Source of the DNA: Octopus bimaculoides
Taxonomy: Eukaryota
Reading direction: 5' to 3'
DNA: 39,803 nucleotides
Assembly (NCBI RefSeq): GCF_001194135.2
Contig: NC_068981.1
Span: 165,940,320 to 165,980,122, forward strand
How positions within the stretch are numbered: position 1 is the stretch's first letter; every line of letters starts with the position of its first letter. Shown here in pieces: positions 1 through 11,269 of the stretch. The notes beneath the pieces were generated by a model. It was not told the DNA's origin. It saw only the letters and a list, made by a program, of their open reading frames with translations, and searched no databases. The translations under genes and the position numbers were made by a program.

Positions 1-1231
1 GGTGTGGTAGCACTTCCCAACCATGAGTTTGAATGGCTTCCTTGGTCATATTGGCGATATGAGGGCGGGCGTTGTTGTGCAGCAGAAAAACTTCATGCTG
101 CCGATTAGGTTTTTTCTCTTGAATAGCCGTGTTGAGTCGTTCCATCTTATTTCTTTACTACCCACAAGGGGCTACACACAGAGGGGACAAACAAGGACAG
201 ACAAACGGATTAAGTCGATTATATTGACCCCAATGCGTAACTGGTACTTATTTAATCGACCCCAAAAGGATGAAAGGCAAAGTCGACCTCAACGGAATTT
301 GAACTCAGAACATAGCGGCAGACAAAATACCACTAAGCATTTCGCCCGGCGTGCTAACGTTTCTACCAGCTCGTTTCTACTGTTGTACATAGAGTTCCAC
401 GTTGACCGTTTGGTTCCGTTCAAGCAATTCGTAATGGATAATCTCCCAGTCCTACCATATGCACAACATCGTTTTACGTGGATGAAGATCTTGTTTCACG
501 CGCGGTGTTGCTTGTTTACCGGGGCTAAGCCATTCCTTACGCTGCTTCATATTAATGTGCAGGCACCATTTTTCGTCACCAGTAACGATTCAGTAAAGAA
601 ATCATTGTTTGTATCCATGAGTTGAGCAGTGACGAGCAAACAAACCAGCAGAGATTGTGGCTCGTTGATTTTTGTTGCTGTCACTTAAAGCATGCGGAAT
701 CCATGCTCCATACTTCTGAACCTTTCCCATCGAGTGAAGATGCTTCTCTATAGCAGTGTGGGAGTATTCCATTTTCTCTGTCAGCTCCCTTGTTATTTGA
801 CAAGAATTTTCGTGCAAAAGTTGTTTTAATCGCTCTTCATCGAACTCAACTGGACGGCCAGAACGAGGTGTGTCTTTGAGGTCAAAAATTCCATTTTTGA
901 ACTTGGCATACCAATCACGAGCAGTTCTTTCAGCTATGGCACCCTCTCCATACACAGCACAAATGTCATGAGCAGCTTTTGCAGCCTTAGAACCTTGATT
1001 AAAAGCAAAAAGAAGTGGGTGTCGAAAATGCTCGTTTTTCTTAACTTAACAATCCATTTTAATGATTTGAAAATAAACAAAAATTGACTAAAATTAACTA
1101 GAAAAAAAACAAAATAGATTCCAAAATGATTCAAAAATAGAATTCTTGAAAAAAAAAATAGATTCCAAAATTTAAAAGTGCAATAAATTCCAAAATTTTT
1201 AAAAATGGCGGGAACTTAGTTGCCAACCCAA
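1..1231 (-). mobile_element. Mariner (DD34D-type) transposon, inactive; 3' end beyond window start; interrupted by a SINE
   Basis: Minus-strand translation from ATG at 1057: MDC*VKKNEHFRHPLLFAFNQGSKAAKAAHDICAVYGEGAIAERTARDWYAKFKNG...SGRP...GAWIPHAL; after a frameshift IVTGDEKW...HPRKTMLCIW*DWE...ELYVQQ | MERLNTAIQEKK...LLHNNARPH...GWEVLPHP. These are the WVPHEL-like, TGDEKW and HDNARPH mariner motifs (second D mutated to N). TIR-like end TTGGGTTGGCAACTAAGTT at ~1213-1231 followed by TA (1232-1233). Confidence 0.93.
146..379 (-). mobile_element. tRNA-derived SINE (family 1) inserted in the mariner ORF
   Basis: Removing 146-379 rejoins CAA CAG | ATG GAA of the transposase. The insert reads (minus) GAGCTGG.AGAAACGTTAGC...GAGTTCAAATTCC (B-box-like)...GCCTTTCATCCTTTTGGGGTCGATTAAATAAGTACCAG, shared with copies at ~21640-21810 and ~32101-32320. 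Confidence 0.88.
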
Positions 1232-2369
1232 TAAATGCTTGCAATTGAGTGAACTTTACTAAAGATGCCTATGAGCTAGGATATGGTGTTAAGCCAAGTG
1301 GCACAATATATGTATCCCCACCCCCAAAAAAGGAGAGGCTATATTCCATACACAACAGAACTACATTTACCAAATAATGACCCAGAGTCAGATGTATGTG
1401 TGTGTAAATGTCACACAATTTTGTTTTTCCTGCTCTTTAAATTTGATGCTTTGTGTGGCTGTGTGAAAATTCAACAAACAGCCATTATAAGAGCAAGTAC
1501 ATAATACTGGTTCCTTGTTTGTTGTCCTTTACTTTCTCTGCAAACAAAGCTATGTTTGGTTGTTGCGGACTAATAACCCAAGAAAGTCTGTTACGTTCTT
1601 TACTATTATTTAGATTCAGTTCAGCCTTCATCAAGCCGACTGTGTGATCAGAGACATTCTCATTGTGAATATCCCATATTCTTAAGAGTGTGAGAAGGAT
1701 ACATTATCAAGTTTTTTTTCTTTTTTAAATATCATATGGTATAATTAAAGCAAATTTGGCTGTTACTTTTAGTATTACAAACAACCAAACAGTGTCCACT
1801 CCCCCGCACACACACACACATTGGCTTCTGTAATGTTACATAATATAGTATCCTTTCTTTATAAAACAACAACAATGAAAAATACTGATTTAACTCATTG
1901 TCATTTATTAACTACTATTACTGCTAACATTTAACATCAACACCACTTACACAAATTACTAAATCTACATCAGCCAATGACATTCTGGATACTGACTGAT
2001 ATATAAGCAATGGTTAAGTTAGCTTGTTAATAATCCCAGTATTAAAATGTTAACACTAAGTCTGGCTCTAGAGTGTATGTGTTGTTATCATTTTCTGTAC
2101 CTTAAATGTATCTGCAGTTTGACATCAGTTTCCAGTTGGAAGTATTTCAATTGTGCTTTGAATACACTTGTGGATACTGGATTACTGTAATAGAATGTTT
2201 GTATAGATGGTTTGATTGCATGTTCAAATCCACTTCAAGCATTTCAGGATTCTTCTTTTTTTTTTCTTTTCTTTTTTTAACCTTCTGGACTGAACATTTT
2301 ATTCTATGTTGCTCTCTTCACTTAGCTGTTGAGAATTTTGTCTGAGATAAACTGGCATCCTATCCCAAA

Positions 2370-2520
2370 GTGGGGTTTATTTTCTGAGCCTTTGCATTAT
2401 CACTTCATTTGCTAGAAATAACAAGCAAATTCTTTTAGATCACACCCTGTAGATTTAAAGGAATATTGGACATATTAGGCAATCTTGTCTTAGATTGAAA
2501 TATGGGATGGATGAGGCAAG
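2370..2520 (-). repeat. Degenerate copy of ~190-bp dispersed repeat (family 5)
   Basis: GCTAGAAATAACAAGCAAATTCTTTTAGATCACACCCT is the reverse complement of the GGGTGTGATTTGA.GGAGATTTGGCTGCTATTTCTAGC block seen at ~5490, ~15190 and ~21180. Boundaries approximate. Confidence 0.55.
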
Positions 2521-3022
2521 TAGTCCTTTGTTCATCGCCTATCCCCCATCAGGACTCAGCTGGGGGTTAAACAGCAACAATCATCTCTTATTTACCTAAA
2601 GGCATGAGATCAGAGCTTGGTACTGGCCCTTAAAAGCTCCTTCTAGCATAGGAAAGATTTGCATTTCTTGAGATAGATGTGAATGTTACTCCCTGTTGCA
2701 GGATGGAACCTGAGAAGTTAAAGAGTTTTGAAACTTTGCTATGGAAATAAAGTCTCTGTTTGAGTCTTGCATATGCACATGTATTTATGTATGATGTTTA
2801 TGTATATATGAATGTATGCATGTATCCTCATTATCATTCTACATTCATTTTTCATGCTACCATGAGCTGAACAAGTTTGCTCTAGCACAGCTTGACACAT
2901 GTTATAGTCCCTTGTCAGCTCCTTCATGTGGCCCAGCATTCTGAAATGAGAATTCACTACTTCTTACCACTTCTTCCTCAGTTTTACTCTATCACACATT
3001 CTTTGCTGATAAACAGCTTAAC

Positions 3023-3053
<31 letters not shown>

Positions 3054-3417
3054 TGCTTCAGTAAAAGAAAAGTGTCCACAAAATTGGCAGGACTTACCTC
3101 CAAGATTGATAGGAAAAAAGGAAAATAGAACTCATGGATTGCTGTCAAACTGCTTCAAACTCTATAAGTAACTCAACTGGAAGTTAAAAGCCGAAAGTGA
3201 ACCTACCAGCAAAGCATGCAGCCTTATCATATGGCCTTATTTATAACCTCTGCCATATCTTCTTGCAAATCACTCATTGAAATTCACTTTCACAGTACCC
3301 GTAACAAAAATTAGTATTTACAACAACCATATGAAGTCAAGACAAGATGAACGTGTACATATGTACTTACATGTATATATGTATATGTAAGTAAATGCAT
3401 GTGTATATACACACACA

Positions 3418-3574
3418 ATGAGCTTCTTTCAGGTTCTCTCTACAAATCCAATCACAAGGCTTTGGTCAACCCCAGGGCTATTGTAGAAGACACCTGTCCA
3501 AGATGCTGCACAGTAGAACTGAACTTCAGGCCACATGATTGGGAAGCAAGTTTTTTAACCACACAGCCATGCCT
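3418..3574 (-). mobile_element. SINE family 2 head (tRNA-like plus CORE-like segment), degenerate
   Basis: Reverse complement aligns by eye with 13477-13640 (GGCTGTGTGGT.A..AAGCTTGCTTCCCAA...CTTGGGCAAGTGTCTTCTACTATAGCC...AAAGCCTTGTGA.TGGATTTG). Confidence 0.8.
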
Positions 3575-4137
3575 TTGGGAGGTGATGAAGTATCAGTCCA
3601 GTGTGGTCAATTAGCAGAATTGTTACTAGTGTCAAACAAGATATTTTGTGGTATATATATTTCAGATCTTTATGTTCTGAGATCCAATTATACTTATCAC
3701 CAGCCTGACATTCTGTACATCAGGAACCATCTAACAATGATTGCCTTCAATAATAGACAGAGCAGTGCATAGATAGGAAAATCTCACTTTCATCAATAAA
3801 AATGAGTCACTAGGACAAAAAAAAAAAATGAAGAATATCAATAGATCACTGGTATATATTGAGTTAACTGGTGAGATTTAAAAGCTGAAGATTACTGCAC
3901 CAAACAAAATACTGTGAAGCTAGCTTGTTATGTTTCTATACCTACTCGTTCAGCATCATCACGATGACGATTATTATTAATGCTAAAATCATCACAACAG
4001 CAATCGCAGTGGTATCAACAATTACTTGATATGCTAGAAAACAGTAGTGAAGTCATACTGTTTTAAACAAGGAGGGACACAGTGATCACAGGACTGTTCA
4101 GTCAGGGGGTACCTGAGGTTAACCAAACACTACTACA

Positions 4138-4385
4138 CTATGGTGACACCACCACCACCACCACCACCACTACTGACACCACAATTATGACTGTTACAAC
4201 TGCCACTACTCTCACTATCATCACCACCACCACTACTACTATTACTACTGCCATCCCCACCACCATAGCATTAGCACAAGTGTTATTACCACTATCTTTT
4301 TTTGCTACTGTTACTACTACTACTTTCACCACCAGCACTACCACCACCCACACTGCCAAAACAACCACCACTACCACCACCACTT
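4138..4385. repeat. (ACC/ACT)n low-complexity trinucleotide tract
   Basis: Degenerate ACC/ACT/ATC triplets; produces spurious Thr-rich and Val-rich ORFs. Confidence 0.9.
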
Positions 4386-4486
4386 GAATCAGTCTGTGTT
4401 GACTGATAATCCACCAGTTAGCTAGCTAGTGGGTGTTACTACCCCAGCAGTGTGTGTATATGTGTATGGTTTGCATTGTAAACACA

Positions 4487-4614
<128 letters not shown>

Positions 4615-5147
4615 CTTACAACAGTATCCCAACAGGCAGCATGCAGTATTAAGAAGCTGTTGGTATGATGAATAGTTAAGTTTTGATGCTGCTTTCATAA
4701 AGCCAGACTTTCATTCTTAATCTATGACAGTTCTAATGTCAGGATTTTACCATTTCTGATGGCGGAGTCTAATACAAGTTCATTATTTGGAACAGGGCAA
4801 GTACTACAGGAAATTGATTCCATTCAGTTAATAACCTTCATTCATCTCGTTACTTCACCCACTGCTATCCTTGCTCCATCCCAGCTACTTATTGCATAGT
4901 ACAAATCATTATTACACAAGGGAGCCTGGCTCTCTGATGTGGTTCTTCAACTCACACATCCTACTGTTTTAAATAAGAAAAGAACACATTGGGTAATTAA
5001 GTTCCACGTATCCTTAAAAAAGGGGGTGTTCCCCCAGTATGAACAGGGTTGTTTTAGGCTAAACTGGGCTAAACAACAACTTACTTATGTACTCCAGCTG
5101 AAAGTTATCACCATTGTGGTTGTGTTTGATGAAGTTTATGTTCATCG

Positions 5148-5895
5148 TTGCTGATATTTAGCCCTGGGTCAGGCCTGATGGAGCAGACCTATAGTCAAAA
5201 GCATTCCAACTATAATCATCATATCTTTTTATACATATCTGAGACTATGCTGCACTATCTAACATGTCTATACTCTTTTTTTTAAAGCATTTAGGGTTTT
5301 ATTAGAGTGTGATTTAGCTGATATTTCTAACAGGTTGGGTAAGTTGGCTGTTGTTGTTTAGTTCTAATTCAACTCTGACCAAGTAGACCTATGATTGAAG
5401 ATATTCCACCCATGGCCATCCCACTTTTTTTTTTCTGTGTACAAAGAACCCAGAACCATATCTTATGTATCCAATCTAATCAATATGATAGGGTGTAATT
5501 CAAGGGAAATTTGGTTGCTATTTCCAGCATCATGAGAGCAGGCACTGTTGTTGTTGTCGTTGTTATTGTTGTTTTGGTGGTGGTGGTGGTGGTGGTTGTT
5601 AATGTGTATCTTGGGTGGTCTTAATGGTAAAGTTGTATTGGTGGTTGTTGAATGGTGGCAGTGCTTATGGTATGCTTATGTTGATGGTGAATGGTTGTAG
5701 TGGTAATACTGTGTCAGTGATGTGTAATAGTGCTAATAGCATTGTTACTGTTTATTCCTAAGCCAGCCATGACCATCTTGTCTGTTTTTCCTTTTTGCCT
5801 TTTTTCGGATACATCTTATATAGGCCTGCATTATTCCAATATGATCACTTTTAAAATAGTAAAGTATGATTTGAAGGAGATTTAGCTGCTACTTG
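5148..5895 (+). repeat. Cluster of three degenerate copies of the ~190-bp dispersed repeat (family 5)
   Basis: The motif set TTTAGCCC.GGTCAG..CTGA..AGCAGACCTA...CATTCCA.CCATG.CCATC...GTGTGATTT..GGAGATTTAGCTG.TATTTC recurs at ~5148-5345, ~5348-5540 and ~5750-5895. Further copies at ~15065-15250, ~15848-16010 and ~21045-21235. Confidence 0.65.
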
Positions 5896-5951
5896 TTGCT
5901 GATCAAGACAACCAAATAGGGGACTCCTTCATTGGCTCAATGTACACCATA

Positions 5952-6350
5952 TGTGGTGGTGGTGGTGGTGGTGGTGGTGGTGGCAGCGGCAGTGGTGGTG
6001 ATGATAGTACAAATGATGTTCTCTATGATGATAGCAACGCTGTTATGATATTGATGGTGGTAGTATTGATAGTATGTTAATGGTGCTGGTAGCATTACTT
6101 GTGTATATATGTTGCTAATGTTGATGGTGATGCTAATGATGATAGTATGACAGTGATAATGATAGTGAAGGTGTAGTTGCAATTATAGTGGTGGTAGTAG
6201 TATTAGTAGTAGTAGTAGTAGTAGTAGTATAGTTGTTTGTGGATAGCAACACAAGATTGTGTAATGTTGTTTGTGGTGGTAGTGGTGGTGGTGGTGGTGG
6301 TTACATTACTACAGGCTGTGGTGGTTGTAGTGGTGTGTGTGTGTGTATAG
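5952..6350. repeat. (GGT/GAT/TAG)n low-complexity tract
   Basis: Read directly; a similar GTT/GGT tract lies at ~5545-5750. Confidence 0.9.
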
Positions 6351-6552
6351 TATTGCAAATGTACAGATGCCAGCATGGTATGCTAGAAGTAGGAGTAACC
6401 ACCCCAACATGTGGGGATGACTCAGTTTTACTGACATAGGCAGTCTTTGTTGATTGAAGTATATGGTAGGAATGAAGGTATTTATGTGGGTGCACATATG
6501 TAACTAATAAAATGTTTTATCTATATATATCTTCAGTGTATGTGTGTGTGTC

Positions 6553-6593
<41 letters not shown>

Positions 6594-6979
6594 TTGATTG
6601 TCTATTTATATATGTGGCTGTGTCTGCAGATGGTTATATAGGTGGTATGTATATGTGTGGAAGATGACTATGACTACTCAGAAACAAATATTGTGTTTGT
6701 GTATATTTACAAATGTGTGTGTGTATATATATATGTGTATTTATATATGCATACATACATACACAGAGTGGTCTGAAAGTCACAAAGTATAAAAATGCAG
6801 TTGGTGCAACAGCTAAAGCCCAAAGTTCGCAATATGCAATCAGACTTTATGACTTTTGGCTACATGTGTGTATGAATGTGTGTGCATGCATATAAATATA
6901 CATGTGTTTGTGGTATTATACATGCATATATATTTCTATGAAAATGAAAACATGTTAAACGATGATGATGATTATACAT

Positions 6980-8240
6980 GCACACAAGAGTTATTGGACA
7001 ATTGATTAGGAACAAAATTAGCGTAAATGAGATACAGTTCAGCATTGTGCCAGAAAGAGGTAGTACCAATGCTATCTTCCAAGTGAGACAAGTGCAGAAG
7101 AAGTTCTTATTTTGGAGAACACCTTTAACAAGGTTCCATTTCTCTATATGTCATCTGGTGATCACAAATGAAACTGGTGTCTTGTGAAAGCTATATTGCA
7201 AGTCATATACAGAGATGCTGTCAGAAAGATGAATCAACCAAGTTCAGTGGTAAAATAAGGATCCATTAGGGCTTTGTTCTCAGCTCCTTCTGGTTTGTTA
7301 TTGTCATCCAAACCTTAACAAAGGGGTTTAAGGCTGGTTGACTATGGGAACTCTTGTATGTTGGTGACCTGGATCTTATATTGGAATTTGTAGATTTTGA
7401 GAAGGAATCCCAGACAAAGAAGGAACGCTTGAATTGAAAGACCCCAAAGTAAATCTAACAGAGACTACATTTTTAATAAGTGTGGAAAAAGAGAGAGTCC
7501 CACTACTCATAGAATGGCTATGCTCACTACCCAAAGAAGGAACAGGTTACAAATCCTGTGTATTTACCAAGTATAAATTATGGAAGCACAAGAGGTATAA
7601 CGGGTTCACAAGCAGGCTGACAGACAGTAGATATTATATGTGACAGATGCATAGAAGTAGTTAGCATTCAGAAGACATGCAAAATAAATTCCTTCATATG
7701 TTCGGAAGGCTTACTAGAAGCCAATGATAGCTTTTGTTACCTAAGTGTCTAATTTGCAGTGGGGGTGGATGTACCAAAGCAGAGTAGCAGAATAAAAGCA
7801 GGTTGATAAAAGTGAGGTGCAGGTTGTGTGATGCTTGTGGATCAAGTGTAATGTTGCATGGTAGCAAAATGTAGGCCTTGACTGCTGGAGAATTGCACGG
7901 CTTGTAAGAAATGAAGCAAGTGTGCCTTGCTGGATGTGCAATGCTTGTGTATATGAACAATAGAACACAAAGGAGCTAAGACAAAAGTTGGATATAAGAG
8001 GAATTGTATGTAGAGGAAGGTTGTGCTGGTGTGAGCATGTGATATGTATATTGGATATCAGTTGTATAAAGAAATGCCAAGAGCTGCAAGTTGATGAAAC
8101 ATGTGGAAGACGGAAACCTAGGAAGACATAGGTCAACTTGATGATTGATCTCCCACAAAGTTGGTGACAAAAAGCTGGATGATTGGTTGAACACAGTCCT
8201 AAAGGCTCACTTACTGATATGAACATAGCAAAATGGTCAT
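6980..8240 (+). mobile_element. RTE-clade LINE relic: RT domain to C-terminus, heavily decayed
   Basis: Fragments TRVIGQLIRNKISVNEIQFSIVPERGSTNAIFQVRQVQKK (RT N-terminal motif), WELLYVGDL (YADD-equivalent), LELKDPKVNLTET, WLCSLPKEGTGYKSC...KLWKHKRY (Cys/His finger), DSFCYL, and C-terminal KKCQELQV...GRRKPRKT; many stops and frameshifts. Confidence 0.85.
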
Positions 8241-8249
8241 TAAAATAAT

Positions 8250-9120
8250 CTTGGGATGTACAGTATTTGTATTTTGGGTGTAACTGCTATTTGGGTGCTA
8301 CATTGCTGTTCATACACAACCATCATACAAGTTATCTTCACTCTAAGAGAGAGAGAGAGAGAGGCCTTTTGTTATCAACTGAGGTAATAGCTTTCTGAAC
8401 TTGTTCAGCCAGTTCTTATTCTAGTGACTGCATTTTGAAAGCATTATCCTCTACTACTAATTAAGTTACCTAAATATCAGAAATTATCTACTACCTCTAA
8501 GGATTTTCAAGAGTCTTTGAGAAAATCTATTTCCTGTGTATTCTTAGTGCTTATTGTTCCTGTGCATCTGCCACACATAAAGACTACGTTTTGTCTTAAC
8601 CTCCCTGTGACTCCACCTCTTGTGTGTCTGTAGCTTGCACTGGGTTTACCATATGGAATTTCTATCTACACCTTTTCTTCATATCAAGCAGGGCCATTTT
8701 CCTGGAGGAATGAGTAGTTTGTCTGCTTTCCTGCTTGCTAGGTCTTTGGTAAGTTAACTCTAAGACCCCTTAATCCCAGGTTATACTCCCACACCTGGAA
8801 TTTCTCTTCTAATTCTACTATTCTACTATAGATTTATCTATAAGAACAAGGTCATCAGTATAGAAGAGATCCCAAGGATAACCAGTCTTAAACTCCTCTG
8901 TTATAACCTGGAAGGCTATGATAAATCAGAGGAGTCTGTGAATTGAGCCCTGGTTAACTCCTACATGCATATTCATTGTTCTACCCATTGCTAACTGTCA
9001 CCTTACTGGACAAGACAATTTGTGCTCAGACCATACCAGCTACCTAAAATCCAACATTGAATGAATGGATATACAGTCTGGGCAAGTAAGAGTCGGCTGT
9101 AGGCAATATATCGGTCAACC
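8250..9120 (-). mobile_element. RTE-clade LINE relic, opposite orientation to 6980-8240
   Basis: Minus strand reads VGVNQGS...ITEEFKTGYPWDLFYTDDLVL...GLRVNL.KT...GKWPC. The block 8839-8902 matches 7317-7380 at 50/64 nt (hand count). Confidence 0.85.
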
Positions 9121-9539
9121 TAATGCAAATATTATAAAATAAAAGACTGACTGGCAATAGCAACAAATTATTAATAAAATAGTTATACAGAAGTAAGTAT
9201 AAAAATTATATAAATTAAAGTAGAAAGCTAGAAAATCAGGAGAGCAAAATTTCAGAGTAATTCTTAATAGATATTTACCTATCCAAAAAATTCATATGCT
9301 AGCATCATAGGCAAAAGAGAGGAGAATCTACATAGAGCTTCGCAGAAGTTTATCTTGGATAGGTAGGTAAAAATCCTGGGAGTTACTACACAAGCCTCAC
9401 AAGTAGTAGAGTGAAGAATGCAGGTAATCCTTTACAGCTGTTTCCGGGGTTTGGTGTTCAGTGGATACAGTAATGTGCATTGTGCATGTATACATGAAAT
9501 AGATTGATGCTAGTGAATGTATATGAATTAACACCCGTT

Positions 9540-9830
9540 TAAATTATATGAATAGTTCACCCCATCTTCTGAAGTTGCATTTCCAGCCACTGCTAACTAG
9601 GTCACTTAGGTAACATAAGCTATCAAAGGCTCTGAAGGGACCTTCTGACCATTTGACAAAAATCATTTTGCTAATATTCTCACTGCTGATTACTCTTGTA
9701 CATCTGCTATGTACACCTGTCAGTCTGCCTGTGATCCTACTACACCTCTTATGCATCCATAGTTTACATTAAGTACGCTCTGGAATTCCTGCATTTTCTG
9801 CATGTTGAGCCTAGTCACTTTTCAAATGGT
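9540..9830 (-). mobile_element. RTE-clade LINE fragment (Cys/His finger to SFCYL region)
   Basis: ORF 9544-9756: MHKRCSRITGRLT...SRCTR...DSLCYLSDLVSSG, homologous to the equivalent part of the other RTE relics here. Confidence 0.75.
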
Positions 9831-10026
9831 AATACACATCTGATTTCTTTCTTGTTAAACTTTTGTCTTAATGAGGTTCTAAATTTTGCTTCCATATTTG
9901 CAGTTTCTTTCATTTATACACACACAACACACATTGGAAAAGTTATTCTGCCATTAGAAAGATACTAGTTAACAGTTTATGCTGATCAGTCAAAAACAAT
10001 GAGTTTCTCGGTAATAAATATACAAG

Positions 10027-10240
10027 GATGGGTGTACTGAGAAGTACCTGGCTTTAAGGGTATTGCGAAAGGCCTGGTTGGAGGCTCAATCTTCCAAGTT
10101 CTTTTCTCAGGGCTTAGAAAACTGAAAGATGACTGCAGTATGTGTGTGAATCTGAAAGGGGAATATGTTGGATAAAATCAGAATTAACTGATCTTGTATT
10201 TTCTTTTACCCAAAGCCAGGAACTTTTCAGCACCCCCTCA
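10027..10240 (+). mobile_element. Internally deleted mariner derivative (214-bp MITE-like)
   Basis: Imperfect TIRs 10027-10055 (GATGGGTGTACTGAGAAGTACCTGGCTTT) and 10212-10240 (reverse complement TGAGGGGGTGCTGAAAAGTTCCTGGCTTT), with TA after the right end. Interior encodes only a transposase C-terminus-like piece (FFSQGLE.LKD.C..CVNLKGEYV). Confidence 0.75.
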
Positions 10241-10291
10241 TATACAAAAAAAGTGTAGTAGCAAAGTTGAATTCAGAGCCTCAAGCAGCAT

Positions 10292-10480
10292 ATCATCATC
10301 ATCATTTAACATCCTTCTTCCATGCTGGCATGAGTTGTACTGATCCAACCTGTCCAACAGCTAACAGGATCCAACAACCCAGGGGGTCTAGTGTTGAGCT
10401 CTGATATCAACCACTTTACAGAATGTGAGTGTCCAGAGTGCTTTTTTCATGACACTGGCACTAGTGAAGTCACCAAGTAA
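10292..10480 (-). mobile_element. Older RTE-tail-related repeat with (GAT)n tail
   Basis: ATCATCATCATTTAACATCC.TCTTCCATGCTGGCATG is the reverse complement of the family 3 terminus CATGC.AGCATGGAAAG.GGACGTTAAA.GATGATG. May extend to ~10665. Confidence 0.65.
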
Positions 10481-10667
10481 TGGGTGGAGGGTGGAGGGAG
10501 ACAAGAACAAACACACCCCTCAATTAAAGAGAGTTGTAGTAGAGAAAGAGGTGACATTATGCCAGGTGGTGAGAGGCTAAAGTATGATAGAGGAACAGGT
10601 ACCAGCTGTCTTGCTGCAGAGATGAAAAGATGAGGTGTCACATAGGAAGATGAATAGAAAAGAGAAT

Positions 10668-10898
10668 GTGTGCCAGTGCCGTTACCAGTACCGTGTGGCT
10701 GGCCCTCGTGCCAGTGGCACGTAAAAGCACCCACTACACTCTCGGAGTGGTTGGCGTTAGGAAGGGCATCCAGCTGTAGAAACTCTGCCAAATCAGATTG
10801 GATCCTGGTGCAACCATCTGGCTTGCCAGTCCTCAGTCAAATCATCCAACCCATGCCAGCATGGAAAGCTGACGTTAAACGATGATGATGATGATGAT
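10668..10898 (+). mobile_element. RTE 3'-tail / SINE family 3 copy
   Basis: GTGCCAGTGGCACGTAAAAGCACCCACTACACTCTCGGAGTGGTTGGCGTTAGGAAGGGCATCC...CCCATGCCAGCATGGAAAGCTGACGTTAAACGATGATG; ends in (GAT)n. Confidence 0.9.
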
Positions 10899-11236
10899 AT
10901 ATATATGGGTTGGTTTTTATTTTTGTTTCGTGTTTTTTCATACACTTGTGACATTTAACTCATGCTGTCATGTTTATACTTCTGGTGGCGGGAGGAATGA
11001 GGAAGTGAATGAAATCTATAAATAAATCAATTTTGAGAATCTGCTTTTGAAACAATATCCTGTTTAGCATCTGCCTTCCTAACACAATAGTATAACTCCA
11101 ATATAGCTCTATTAATAAGGATTCAATCAACTATGAACATCATGTAATCAGTATTGGTATGGTGATAACATATGTTCAGTATTACTTCACTGACCGATAT
11201 TGAATAATTTTGTATATCTTATCTATAAAAGGCAGA

Positions 11237-11267
<31 letters not shown>

Positions 11268-11269
<2 letters not shown>

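Noticed and set aside
23-625. 200-aa ORF on the + strand
   Set aside because: It is the antisense frame of the mariner transposase plus the inserted SINE; no protein-like features.
2703-2750. Short ORF MEPEKLKSFETLLWK* after a TTGCAG acceptor-like site
   Set aside because: No donor before the stop and no similarity to EVI5; such matches are expected by chance.
3088-3200. Perfect GAG|GTAAGT donor on the minus strand
   Set aside because: Upstream frames contain stops and no partner exon was found; a 7-mer match is expected several times in 40 kb.
4082-4387. Thr-rich mucin-like ORF
   Set aside because: Produced by an ACC/ACT microsatellite; no splice or domain support.
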